Of a stretch of DNA of 64,000 bases, positions 1 to 9,380 are shown piece by piece. The position numbers and the translations under genes are program-made. Position 1 is the first letter of the stretch. The number at the start of each line of letters is the position of its first letter. Under the pieces are notes generated by a model, which was given only the letters and a program-made list of their open reading frames with translations, did not search any database and was not told the origin of the DNA. Origin of the DNA: Clostridium sp. CAG:245 (lineage in GTDB: Bacteria; Bacillota; Clostridia; TANB77; CAG-508); NCBI GenBank assembly GCA_000435175.1, contig FR880073.1:1625-65624 (forward strand). The letters are read 5' to 3'.

Positions 1-764
1 TTCTAGTTTTTTTATTTAACCTTAAGTCCTCTTTTTTCAAAAAAATTGTAAGTTGTTCTAGACAATATTTTAAGTATTCTTTAGACTCATGAAACAATAA
101 AAAATCATCTTGATAACGAATTACTCCTTTTATGTGTAGTTCATTTTTTATGAAATGATCCATGTCATTTAGGTAAAATACGGCTAGTACTTGACTTGTC
201 ATGTTACCGAATGCTTAGACCTTCGGAATCACTATCTATAACTTTAAAAACTACATCAAGAGCCTTTTTATCTTTGATTTTTCGTTCTAATTTTCTTTTT
301 AAAATGTCATGATTAATACTCGCAAAAAATTTGCTTATATCGCATTTTAAAATGTAATAAGTACCATATTTTTGCTTAAAGTAGTTACGATAATATATAT
401 AAAGTTCTAAGCCTCTTTTCATTCCCATGTCTTTTCTACTTGCAACATTAAAGTTTAGTAAACAAGGCATTAGAGCAGGGTAGAGTATATGCCTAGAAAT
501 TAAATGGTTTATAACTTTGTCTTGCATATTTTGGCTTACAATTCGTCTTTCTTTTGGCTCATAAATTGTAAAAATATTATATGGTCCAACTTCGTATTCC
601 TCGTTTTTTAAGATGTTATAAATACGTGAAACATACACACATTTATACTCTCTAAAAAATTCGACTTTTCTTTTATTTTTAGTATTTCTACAAACTTCAT
701 TATAAGCATTAACAATATTGTTAAAATCATAGGTTGCTTCATACAAGTGGCTTTTTCTTTTCAT
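1..764 (-). pseudogene. DGR-type reverse transcriptase, interrupted by a 1-nt frameshift near position 209; 3' end runs off the window
   Basis: ATG at 764 with SD AGGAGG upstream. RT motifs present: YEPKERRIVSQNMQDKVINH and YILKCDISKFFASINHD. The frame stops at TAA 204-206 just after GLSIR. Shifting one nt continues as IGNMTSQVLAVFYLNDMD...IRYQDDFLLFHES (motif 4 IGxxxSQ, motif 5 YxDD) through position 1. Confidence 0.75.
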
Positions 765-1197
765 CAGAAACCTCCTGCATAACTTGCTTAAAATCATGTT
801 GCAAATTAAAAAGAGTATCAAAGGCCTGACTTATTGATAGCATGTCTATGTTTAAATCTAAAAAATTATTTAAGGTTTTTTCAAATAATTGATTATTTAC
901 AAAGAAATTTAAATCAACAGAATTTGAAATTGTTTTGAAATCTTCATCACAAACAATATGAACTGAGTAACCTGCAATTTTAAATTTTTCTATATATTTG
1001 TCTAATGAATTTGTTGGAAAACCACACTTTACGACAGAATTGTTTAAATTGCTTAATTTAAAACCAAATTGTTGAGACATAGCTCGTGCGTCATCATCTA
1101 AAAAAATATAGAAAATTCCGCTTTTAAACAAATAAAACTTATTCGAATCTTGAGATTTTAGCGAGATATAGTTATTAAATAATTTACTCATAAACAT
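739..1197 (-). CDS. MutS domain I-only protein (MutS-like accessory gene coupled to the RT)
   Basis: 152 aa. NNYISLKSQDSNKFYLFKSGIFYIFLDDDARAMSQQFGFKLS...KCGFPTNSLDKYIEKFKIAGYSVHIV aligns by eye with the E. coli MutS N-terminus ([34 protein letters not shown]...MAGIPYHAVENYLAKLV). No ATPase domain. Its 3' end overlaps the RT start by 26 nt. Confidence 0.7.
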   Translation of the reverse strand: MFMSKLFNNYISLKSQDSNKFYLFKSGIFYIFLDDDARAMSQQFGFKLSNLNNSVVKCGFPTNSLDKYIEKFKIAGYSVHIVCDEDFKTISNSVDLNFFVNNQLFEKTLNNFLDLNIDMLSISQAFDTLFNLQHDFKQVMQEVSDEKKKPLV

Positions 1198-1410
1198 TTT
1201 TTCCTTTCTTGCTTTAATTAATATTTCATATAATAAAAAACTTTAACAATTTTTAGAAAAATTGCTGGAGATATTTTACAAATTCATCAAATAATTGTAT
1301 ATTAGATGTAGGTAAAAATTAACCACTAAAAATGGTTATTTTAAGAACCTAATTTAGGACTTACAATATATGGTAAGAAAATATATAATTTTAACAAAGG
1401 AGAAAGAAAA

Positions 1411-1770
1411 ATGTCATGTTTTAGCAGATTTTGTAAAAAAGGAACTACAGTAAACAAAAAATTGAGTATTGATGAAAATCTTTATCAAGATTTAACGGAG
1501 CTATCTAACAGTACGTATGATGCGTCAATCAGTAAGCTGGTAAATGCGGCAATAGAGGACTTAATTACTACCAAAAATGTAGCTCTGTATAAAAAAGAAA
1601 ACACAAATCAAGTATCTAGGTCTTTTTTAATAAGGGAAGACTTCTTAAATGGACTTTATGAATTAAAAGAAAATTATTCTGTTTCTATAAATTCGCTTGT
1701 AAATATTGCGATAAGAAATGCTGTAACAGAAGAAAAAATGGAAACAAAAGGATTAGACAAATTGAAATAG
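1411..1770 (+). CDS. Small DNA-binding protein with two ribbon-helix-helix-like (CopG/Arc) repeats
   Basis: Two internally similar segments: LSIDENLYQDLTELSNSTYDASISKLVNAAIEDLI and SFLIREDFLNGLYELKENYSVSINSLVNIAIRNAV. SD AAAGGAG upstream. Confidence 0.45.
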   Translation: MSCFSRFCKKGTTVNKKLSIDENLYQDLTELSNSTYDASISKLVNAAIEDLITTKNVALYKKENTNQVSRSFLIREDFLNGLYELKENYSVSINSLVNIAIRNAVTEEKMETKGLDKLK

Positions 1771-1780
1771 TAAAAAAATA

Positions 1781-1826
1781 CCATGGGATAATTATTTATA
1801 AAATTATCTCATGGCTTGATTTTATT
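1781..1826. terminator. Bidirectional hairpin between convergent genes
   Basis: 13-bp inverted repeat ccatgggataatt / aattatctcatgg. A-run upstream and T-rich run downstream. Confidence 0.5.
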
Positions 1827-1843
1827 ATTAAAAAATTATTAGT

Positions 1844-4069
1844 TTAGTGTAAATCACTTGCAACTTCTTGTAATGTTACTTTTACTACTGTTCCTTCTTC
1901 AACAGTTGCACCAACTGCTGGGTCTTGGGAAACTACTATTCCAGAACCTGTAGATTGAATATTTAAGTTTTTACTCTTTAAAGTTGCTGTTACGTTACTC
2001 AAACTCTTTCCTTTTAAGTCTGGCACTGTTACAGAAACTGATGTGCTATTTTCTTCTGTATATAGTTTACATACACCATTTTTTGAAACAGATACGCCTG
2101 CTTTTGGTGTTTGGACTGTTACTATTTCGTCATCACTTGCAGAAGTTACAGGAGTAATTCCTAAATTTTTCAATATTTGTTTTGCTTCTGATATTGTTTT
2201 ATTTCTTAAATCTGGTATTGTTATTAAAGATGTATTATTTGTTGTTACTTCTGTTGCATCATTTGAAGGAATTCCTAAGTATGGCAATACTTCGCTTAAT
2301 ACTTGAGATACAACTGGGGCTGCAATTGCACCACCATAGTAATTTTTAACTTGTGGACCATATAATACTAGTAATGCTACTACTTTTGTATTTTCAACTG
2401 GTGCTATTGCTAAGAAAGATACAACATATCCATCTTCTGGATGGTTAGGGTTTGGCTCAGATGTTCCTGTTTTTCCTCCTATTGTATATCCTTTTACTGC
2501 ACCGTATTTTCCACCACCGTCTGTAACAACAGATTGCATCATGCTACGTACTTTTGTAGCTGTTTCAGATGATATTACTTGACGTACTTCTTTTACATCA
2601 ATGTTTGTAACTGCACCTGTGTCTGGGTTTTCTATGCTTTTTACAATTCTTGGTTGTACTAAAACACCATTGTTGGCAATTGCACTTGCGGCTGTTATCA
2701 TTTGTAAAGGTGTAATTGTAAATCTTTGACCAAATGACATTGTAGCAAGCTCTGTTGTACCTACATTTTCTAGCTTATGGAATTGGCTTGAAGCTTCTCC
2801 AGACGTTGCAATTCCTGTTTTATCAAATAGTCCGAATGCTTTAAAATATTTATATAGTGTAGTTGCTCCTATACGTTGACCTAATTGAATTAATGCTGGG
2901 TTACAAGAGTTTTCTAAAGCGTTTCTTAAAGATTCACTTCCGTGCCCAGATTTGTTTGCACAATTTATTTTTATTCCAGAAACCATTTGGCTTCCACTAC
3001 AATAAAAGTCGCCAGCTGTGTCGGTTTCTACAACATCTTCCTCTAAGCCGACAGAAGCCATTACAGTTTTAAATACAGAACCGGGTTCATAGGTTTCGGT
3101 AACAACTTTGTTACGATACATTTTGTATAAGCTGTTTGTTTTTTCCTCACTAGAAAGTGTGTCCCAAGTTCCTTGAAGAGTTTCGTTTGGCTCGAATGGT
3201 GTATTTAGGTTATAGTCTGGATATGTAGCCATTGCTAGAATATCTCCAGTAGATGGGTCCATAATTGTCATTGCACCACCATTTTTACAATTGTTTTCTT
3301 CAACAGCCTGTTTTAAATATTTTTCTACAATAGTCTGAATATTTGCATCTATTGTAAGAGTAATGTTACTACCATTTTCAGGAGCTATGTATTTTTCATC
3401 AGTGTCTGGAATAGATTCTTGAGTTGCATCTATTGAAGTAGTTACACGCCCTGGAGTACCAGTTAATGTTTCATCCCAGTAATACTCAATTCCGGCTAGA
3501 CCGTTGTTATCACTCCCGCAAAATCCAATTAAATTTGAAGCTAAATTATTATAAGGGTAAGATCTTTTATTGTCTTTATCTATGTTAATTCCCGAGCTCC
3601 ACTTATTATCTTCCATCCATTGCTTTAATTTAGAAACTTTATCTATATCAACTTTTTTAGCAATTGTTTCTACTGAATTTGTGCTTGTTACTTTTACTAA
3701 TACTTCATTATAATCTAATTCAAAAATATCTGATAACGCTTTTGCAACTTTTTCTTTTAAAGCATTTGTAGCTTCAGCATCGTTTTTTACAGCTATAAGT
3801 GAAGGGTTTACACTAATAGTATCAACCTCAGAACTCACAGCTAAAGCCTTTCCAGTAGAATCGTAAATTGTTCCTCTTTTAGGGCTTAGAACTCTGTTAG
3901 CAGTAATTTGCTTATATGCTCGTTCTTTTAGAAAACTTCCATCAATGAATTGCAACCAGAAAATTCTAAAAACTAATAATAAAATTAATATTAAAAAAAT
4001 AACCGCAAACCACTTTAAATGGGTGCTTTTGTTATCTATTTTTACTTCTTTTTGTTTCTTATAATTCAT
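1844..4069 (-). CDS. Class B penicillin-binding protein (FtsI/SpoVD/PBP2B family) with two C-terminal PASTA domains
   Basis: N-terminal TM anchor. Transpeptidase motifs SVFK (SxxK), SCN (SxN) and KTGT. Two PASTA-like repeats at the C-terminus (ITIPDLRNKTISEAKQIL..., VTVPDLKGKSLSNVTATL...). Confidence 0.9.
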   Translation of the reverse strand: MNYKKQKEVKIDNKSTHLKWFAVIFLILILLLVFRIFWLQFIDGSFLKERAYKQITANRVLSPKRGTIYDSTGKALAVSSEVDTISVNPSLIAVKNDAEATNALKEKVAKALSDIFELDYNEVLVKVTSTNSVETIAKKVDIDKVSKLKQWMEDNKWSSGINIDKDNKRSYPYNNLASNLIGFCGSDNNGLAGIEYYWDETLTGTPGRVTTSIDATQESIPDTDEKYIAPENGSNITLTIDANIQTIVEKYLKQAVEENNCKNGGAMTIMDPSTGDILAMATYPDYNLNTPFEPNETLQGTWDTLSSEEKTNSLYKMYRNKVVTETYEPGSVFKTVMASVGLEEDVVETDTAGDFYCSGSQMVSGIKINCANKSGHGSESLRNALENSCNPALIQLGQRIGATTLYKYFKAFGLFDKTGIATSGEASSQFHKLENVGTTELATMSFGQRFTITPLQMITAASAIANNGVLVQPRIVKSIENPDTGAVTNIDVKEVRQVISSETATKVRSMMQSVVTDGGGKYGAVKGYTIGGKTGTSEPNPNHPEDGYVVSFLAIAPVENTKVVALLVLYGPQVKNYYGGAIAAPVVSQVLSEVLPYLGIPSNDATEVTTNNTSLITIPDLRNKTISEAKQILKNLGITPVTSASDDEIVTVQTPKAGVSVSKNGVCKLYTEENSTSVSVTVPDLKGKSLSNVTATLKSKNLNIQSTGSGIVVSQDPAVGATVEEGTVVKVTLQEVASDLH

Positions 4070-4251
4070 AAAACCACCATCTTTTCTTTAGATAGAATTA
4101 TTGTATATTAATATGGGGCAAAAATCAATAAAAAGCACAAAAATGGTTGAAAAATCTTGCTACAATTTATTGCTTTTAAATTTAAAATGTAATATAATTA
4201 AATATGTATAGGAATTTAAAATAATAAAAAATAAATAAAAGGATGGAGAGT

Positions 4252-7200
4252 ATGAAAAAGTTTAAAAAATTAGTATCAAGCATTTTAATTACTATGTTAA
4301 CAGTGGCTACACTTGGGAGCATTAGTGCTGTTAAGGCTGCAAGTGCAGGACCACTATATTTAGGCATTGTTTCACTTCGTAGAGCCGGATATGGCTATCA
4401 ACAAGAAGGTAGCAAAGTATGGAAAATAGCAGAATATGATAGTGAAAATGGAAAAACCGCAGATTTAAGTAAAACTATTTACTGTATTAAAGGTGGACCT
4501 GGATTTGGCTCTAGTGATATGGCAACAGGTGGTGTACCAACAATAAGTAAATATACACAAAAGTTTAACTTAAAAGATTTAGCTTCAATACCAAGTACAT
4601 ATTCAAAAATTTTACCAACAGGAAGCAATTATAATTCTTTAATGTGGTTATTAGATAATATTTATATAATGCCTGCAATTGGAACAGACAATACAACTGC
4701 AAGAGAAGAATTTTTAAAGAGTAAAATTCCAAATGAATTATATGAACTTATAACAGATGATGATATAGATGCTGTACAGCAATTAGCAATTTGGTATTTC
4801 ACAAACCCATCGGGAGATAAATATCATTATGAAACATCAAACTTTAAAATAAACTCAATTGCAAATGTAGATTCAAATTATGCTTCAATGGGAGATATTT
4901 TTGGAGATGATGGTTGGGATAGAGAAGATGCAATAGAAGCATTATTCCAATATTACATTACAAATGCAAAAGCAAATAGCAATTACAAGAGTACAAACAA
5001 TACAACATCTCCAATCGAAATTGTAAAGAGTAATGCTACAATGACAAAGGTTGGAAGTAACTATGTTGCAGGACCTTATAAAATAAACCAATTATTAAAT
5101 GTTGATTATACATTAAATGCAACATTTACAGATATAAATGGAACAACAATTACTCCAAGCATTGGCATTAAAGATGTAAGCGGAAATGTAACTGCCACAA
5201 CAAAAACATTAAAAGAATTAGTAGGACAAGAATTCTATTTAATTATGCCAACAAGCTCAAATATATCTGGAATAAAAATGACTGTAAATACATCATACAC
5301 ATCAAAAACAGTTGATTATTGGTCAGTTGCAGATGCTCCAACAACAGAGCAACCAGTTGTAATTGTAAATGAAACTCCATTAAACTTTTCAGATGCAACT
5401 TCAATAGTAGTACCAAAACCATTCGATTTAAGCTTAAGAAAATTTATTACAAACATAAATGGAACAGAAATTACAAATAGAATACCACAAGTAGATGTTA
5501 GCAAATTAGCTTCAGGAGAAGCAACAACAGCAACATATAATCACACAAAAACACCACTTAAAGTTGCAATTGGCGATGTTGTTACATATACAATAAGAGT
5601 ATATAACGAAGGTGATATAGATGGATATGTTGAAGAAATAACAGACCATTTACCAGACCAACTTGAATTTATAGTAGATGACCAAGTTAATATTGAGTAT
5701 GGTTGGAAAATAGCAAGTAGTACAGATTTAAAAACAATTAAAACAGAATATTTATCAAAAGCAAATGAAACAACTGATGGTGCAAATAAAATATCGGCAT
5801 TTAATGGAACAACACTTGCATATAAAGATGTAAAAATAAAATGTAGAGTTGTTGCAACAGATCCAATGGCTGATAAAATAACAAACATTGCAGATATTAC
5901 AAAATTTACAGATGGTGATGGAAATACAGTAACAGATAGAGATTCACAAGAAAACAATGTAAATTTACCAACTGGAAAAGACTTAGAAAATTATAGAGAC
6001 TCTGAAATAAACAGAGGAGAAGAATATATACCAGGACAACAAGATGATGATGATTTTGAAAAATTAACATTAAAAGAATTTGATTTAAGTTTAAGAAAAT
6101 TCATCACTGGAGTAAATGGAACAGCAATAACAAATAGAGAACCACAAGTAAATGTTACTCCATTAAAAAATGGTGGAACAACAGCAATATACAATCATCC
6201 AAAAACACCAGTATCTGTTGCAATTGGAGATTTAGTTGAATATACAATTAGAGTTTATAATGAAGCAGAAATAGATGGATATGTTGAAGAAATAACAGAC
6301 CATTTACCAGACCAACTTGAATTTGTTGCTGGAAACGAAATAAATACAAAATATGGTTGGGTAGTTGATAGTACAAACTCAAAAATAATAAAAACAAATT
6401 ATTTATCAAAAGCTAAAGAAGCTTCTGAAGGTGCTAATAAAATTAAGGCTTTTGATGGAACAAAGTTAGATTACAAAGATGTAAAAGTTGTATGTAAAGT
6501 AGTTTCAACAGATCCAATGCCAACTAAGATTACAAATATAGCTGATATTACAAAATTTACAGACGGCAACGGAAATACAGTAACAGATAGAGATTCACAA
6601 GAAAACAATGTAAATTTACCAACTGGAAAAGACTTAGAAAATTATAGAGACTCTGAAATAAACAGAGGAGAAGAATATATACCAGGACAACAAGATGATG
6701 ATGATTTTGAAAAATTAACATTAAAAGAATTTGATTTAAGTTTAAGAAAATTCATCACTGGAGTAAATGGTACAAAATTAAATGATGAAGAAATAACAAG
6801 CAGAATTCCACAACCAGATGTTAGTAAGCTAGCAGACGGAACAGCAACAACAGCTACATATAATCATCCAAAAACACCAATATCTGTTGCAATTGGAGAT
6901 GTAGTTGAATACACAATTAGAGTATATAACGAAGCTGAAGTGGATGGCTATGTAGAAGAAATAACAGACCATTTACCAGACCAACTTGAATTTGTTGCAG
7001 GAAACGAAACAAATACAAAATATGGTTGGACAGTTGATAGCAATAATTCAAAAATAATTAAAACAAAATATTTATCAAAGGCAAATGAAACTACAGAAGG
7101 TGACAATAAGATTAAGGCTTTTGACGGAACAAAATTAGATTACAAAGATGTAAAAGTAGTATGTAAAGTAGTTTCAACAGACCCAATGCCAACTAAGATT

Positions 7201-9255
7201 ACAAATATAGCTGATATTACAAAATTTACAGATGGCAACGGAAATACAGTAACAGATAGAGATTCACAAGAAAACAATGTAAATATTCCATCTGATTTAC
7301 CAGGATATAAAGATGATGAAATAGGAAAAGATTATGTGCCAGGACAACAAGATGATGATGATTTCGAAAAACTAAAAATAAAAGAATTTGATTTAGCTTT
7401 AAGAAAATTCATCACAAAAGTAAATAATACAGAAATAAAGAGCAGAATTCCACAAGTTGACACAACACCTTTGAAAAATGGAACAGGAACAACAGCAATT
7501 TATAATCACTCAAAAGAGCCTGTAAAAGTTTCATTAGGAGCAGTAGTTGAATATACAATTAGAGTATACAATGAAGGTCAAGTAGATGGATATGTAGAAG
7601 AAATTAAAGACCACTTACCAGACCAATTAGAATTTATTAAAGATAATGAAACAAATAAAAAATATGGTTGGACAGTTGATAGCACAGATTCAAAAGTAAT
7701 AAAAACATCATACTTATGTAAGGCAAATGAAAAAGTAGCAGGAGAAAACAAAATACCAGCATTTGATGGAACAACATTATCTTATAAAGAAGTAAAAGTA
7801 GCTTGTAAAGTAGTTTCAACAGATCCAATGCCAAGCAAAATAACAAACTTAGCAGATATATCAGACTTTACTGACGGAGAAGGAAACAAAGTTACAGATA
7901 GAGATTCTAAAGAAGACAATGTAAAAATTCCAGAAGATAGACCAGGATATAAAGATGATGAAAGTAAAAAAGATTATGTACCAGGACAAGAAGATGATGA
8001 TGACTTTGAAAAAGTAACACTTGTAAAATTCGACTTATCATTAAGAAAATTCATAACAGCAGTAAATAATACAGAAATAACAAGTAGAATACCACAAGTT
8101 GATGTTACTCCAATAAAAGATGGAAGCAGTACAACAGCAAAATACGATCATCCAAAAGATCCAGTACTTGTATCAAACGGAAACATAGTAACCTATACAA
8201 TTAGAGTATTTAACGAAGGTGAAATGGACGGATATGCAAGTGAAATAAAAGATGATATGCCACAAGGTTTAAAATTCTTAACAGATAATAAGACTAACAT
8301 AGAGTACAGATGGAAAATGTTAGATAAAGATGGAAAAGAAACAGAAAACTTAGATGAGGCAGTTTCAATAGTAACAGATTATCTATCAAAAGAACAAGAA
8401 AAAACAGCAGGAGCTAACTTATTAAAAGCATTCGATGGAGAAAAATTAGATTACAGAGATGTAAAAGTTGCATTTGAAGTAACAGAACCAAATACATCAG
8501 ATAGAATTTTAATAAACCAAGCTCAAATATCAAAAGACTCAGACAAAGATGGAAATGATGTTACAGACCAAGACTCAGTTCCAGATAAATGGAATGAAGG
8601 AGAAGATGACCAAGACATAGAAAAAGTTAAGGTACAATATTTCGACTTAAGCTTAAGAAAATGGGTAACACAAGCAATCGTAACTGAAAATGGAGAAGAA
8701 AAAATAATAGAATCTGGCCACAAGGCAGAAGATGACCCAGAAGATGTTGTAAAGGTTGACTTGAAAAAGAGCAAGATAAATAAAGTAACAATAAAATTCA
8801 GATACAAAATAAGAGTTAAAAATGAAGGAAATATAGCAGGATATGCAAAAGAATTAAAAGACTATATTCCAAACGGACTAAAATTTGTACCAGAAGATAA
8901 CCCATTATGGAAGCAAATAGACGAAAAAACAATAACAACAGACCAGACAAAAGACATATTATTACAACCAGGAGATACAACAGAAGTTGAAGTAGTGTTA
9001 ACATGGATTAACGATTCAGAAAACTTCGGAGTAATGGACAACTGGGCAGAAATAAGCAAAGATCATAACGATTTCAACAGCCCAGATATAGACTCAACAC
9101 CAGACAATAACAAAAAAGGTGAAGATGACATAGATGATGCTCCAGTATCTGTAGGCGTACAAACAGGACAAATAAAAACATTTACAACAATAGGCTTAGC
9201 AGTACTTGTAATATTATCTTCAGGAGTAGTATTAATAAAGAAGTTTGTTTTATAA
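4252..9255 (+). CDS. Giant cell-wall-anchored adhesin: signal peptide, thioester-type (TQxA-like) N-terminal domain, repeated DUF11/prealbumin-fold domains, xVQTG sorting signal
   Basis: Signal peptide MKKFKKLVSSILITMLTVATLGSISAVKA. YCIKGGPG plus AVQQLAIWYFTN match the Cys...TQxA(I/V)W thioester-domain signature. Six modules begin FDL(S/A)LRK(F/W). YTIRVYNEG..DGYVEEITDHLPDQLEF resembles the conserved repeat domain (DUF11). C-terminus is GVQTG + hydrophobic span + KK. ATG 4252 is preferred over 4243 on SD spacing. Confidence 0.85.
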   Translation: MKKFKKLVSSILITMLTVATLGSISAVKAASAGPLYLGIVSLRRAGYGYQQEGSKVWKIAEYDSENGKTADLSKTIYCIKGGPGFGSSDMATGGVPTISKYTQKFNLKDLASIPSTYSKILPTGSNYNSLMWLLDNIYIMPAIGTDNTTAREEFLKSKIPNELYELITDDDIDAVQQLAIWYFTNPSGDKYHYETSNFKINSIANVDSNYASMGDIFGDDGWDREDAIEALFQYYITNAKANSNYKSTNNTTSPIEIVKSNATMTKVGSNYVAGPYKINQLLNVDYTLNATFTDINGTTITPSIGIKDVSGNVTATTKTLKELVGQEFYLIMPTSSNISGIKMTVNTSYTSKTVDYWSVADAPTTEQPVVIVNETPLNFSDATSIVVPKPFDLSLRKFITNINGTEITNRIPQVDVSKLASGEATTATYNHTKTPLKVAIGDVVTYTIRVYNEGDIDGYVEEITDHLPDQLEFIVDDQVNIEYGWKIASSTDLKTIKTEYLSKANETTDGANKISAFNGTTLAYKDVKIKCRVVATDPMADKITNIADITKFTDGDGNTVTDRDSQENNVNLPTGKDLENYRDSEINRGEEYIPGQQDDDDFEKLTLKEFDLSLRKFITGVNGTAITNREPQVNVTPLKNGGTTAIYNHPKTPVSVAIGDLVEYTIRVYNEAEIDGYVEEITDHLPDQLEFVAGNEINTKYGWVVDSTNSKIIKTNYLSKAKEASEGANKIKAFDGTKLDYKDVKVVCKVVSTDPMPTKITNIADITKFTDGNGNTVTDRDSQENNVNLPTGKDLENYRDSEINRGEEYIPGQQDDDDFEKLTLKEFDLSLRKFITGVNGTKLNDEEITSRIPQPDVSKLADGTATTATYNHPKTPISVAIGDVVEYTIRVYNEAEVDGYVEEITDHLPDQLEFVAGNETNTKYGWTVDSNNSKIIKTKYLSKANETTEGDNKIKAFDGTKLDYKDVKVVCKVVSTDPMPTKITNIADITKFTDGNGNTVTDRDSQENNVNIPSDLPGYKDDEIGKDYVPGQQDDDDFEKLKIKEFDLALRKFITKVNNTEIKSRIPQVDTTPLKNGTGTTAIYNHSKEPVKVSLGAVVEYTIRVYNEGQVDGYVEEIKDHLPDQLEFIKDNETNKKYGWTVDSTDSKVIKTSYLCKANEKVAGENKIPAFDGTTLSYKEVKVACKVVSTDPMPSKITNLADISDFTDGEGNKVTDRDSKEDNVKIPEDRPGYKDDESKKDYVPGQEDDDDFEKVTLVKFDLSLRKFITAVNNTEITSRIPQVDVTPIKDGSSTTAKYDHPKDPVLVSNGNIVTYTIRVFNEGEMDGYASEIKDDMPQGLKFLTDNKTNIEYRWKMLDKDGKETENLDEAVSIVTDYLSKEQEKTAGANLLKAFDGEKLDYRDVKVAFEVTEPNTSDRILINQAQISKDSDKDGNDVTDQDSVPDKWNEGEDDQDIEKVKVQYFDLSLRKWVTQAIVTENGEEKIIESGHKAEDDPEDVVKVDLKKSKINKVTIKFRYKIRVKNEGNIAGYAKELKDYIPNGLKFVPEDNPLWKQIDEKTITTDQTKDILLQPGDTTEVEVVLTWINDSENFGVMDNWAEISKDHNDFNSPDIDSTPDNNKKGEDDIDDAPVSVGVQTGQIKTFTTIGLAVLVILSSGVVLIKKFVL
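5422..8640 (+). repeat. Five tandem ~650-670-nt coding repeats inside the adhesin gene (a sixth, divergent copy follows)
   Basis: Units start at about 5422, 6082, 6733, 7390 and 8029. 5920-6119 is identical to 6571-6770 (200 nt, offset 651). Confidence 0.9.
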
Positions 9256-9256
9256 T

Positions 9257-9299
9257 AAATTTCGCCCAATAGGGACACCCCTTTTTGGGCGAAATTTTT
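9257..9299 (+). repeat. Dispersed palindromic intergenic element, copy 1 (probably also the adhesin terminator)
   Basis: aaatttcgcccaa-tagggacaccccttt-ttggcgaaattt-type hairpin with a 13-bp outer stem, an internal GGG-ACA-CCC mini-stem and a T-run after it. Near-identical cores at 14939-14978 and 30796-30830. Confidence 0.8.
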
Positions 9300-9380
9300 A
9301 TGCCAAATTTATTTACTTTAAAAATTCTCTATGTTATAATTCTATTTGAAAAGCGTTTTATACTAAGGAAGGTAATTGGA

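Noticed and set aside
2043-2306. Many antisense or out-of-frame ORFs in the supplied track that lie inside long, well-supported genes. Examples: 2043-2306, 5541-5957, 12807-13328, 18494-18916, 20045-20488, 27206-27625, 44396-44953, 50066-50518, 57955-58413 and 58476-58835.
   Set aside because: They overlap genes with clear family motifs on the other strand or frame. Their products are low-complexity and Leu/Phe/Ser/Ile-rich, as expected for shadow ORFs in AT-rich DNA. They lack convincing SD sequences.
4070-4242. Looked for a c-di-GMP riboswitch upstream of the adhesin, as in C. difficile sortase substrates.
   Set aside because: The region is extremely AT-rich and I see none of the conserved GEMM-I/II helices or motifs. 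A covariance-model scan would be needed to exclude it formally.
9285-9380. Upstream extension of the Ig-like membrane protein (track start 9285, MGEIFMPNLF...).
   Set aside because: The extension starts inside the palindromic repeat/terminator and has no SD. ATG 9381 has SD AAGGAAGG, and its product starts with a basic stretch followed by a TM helix.
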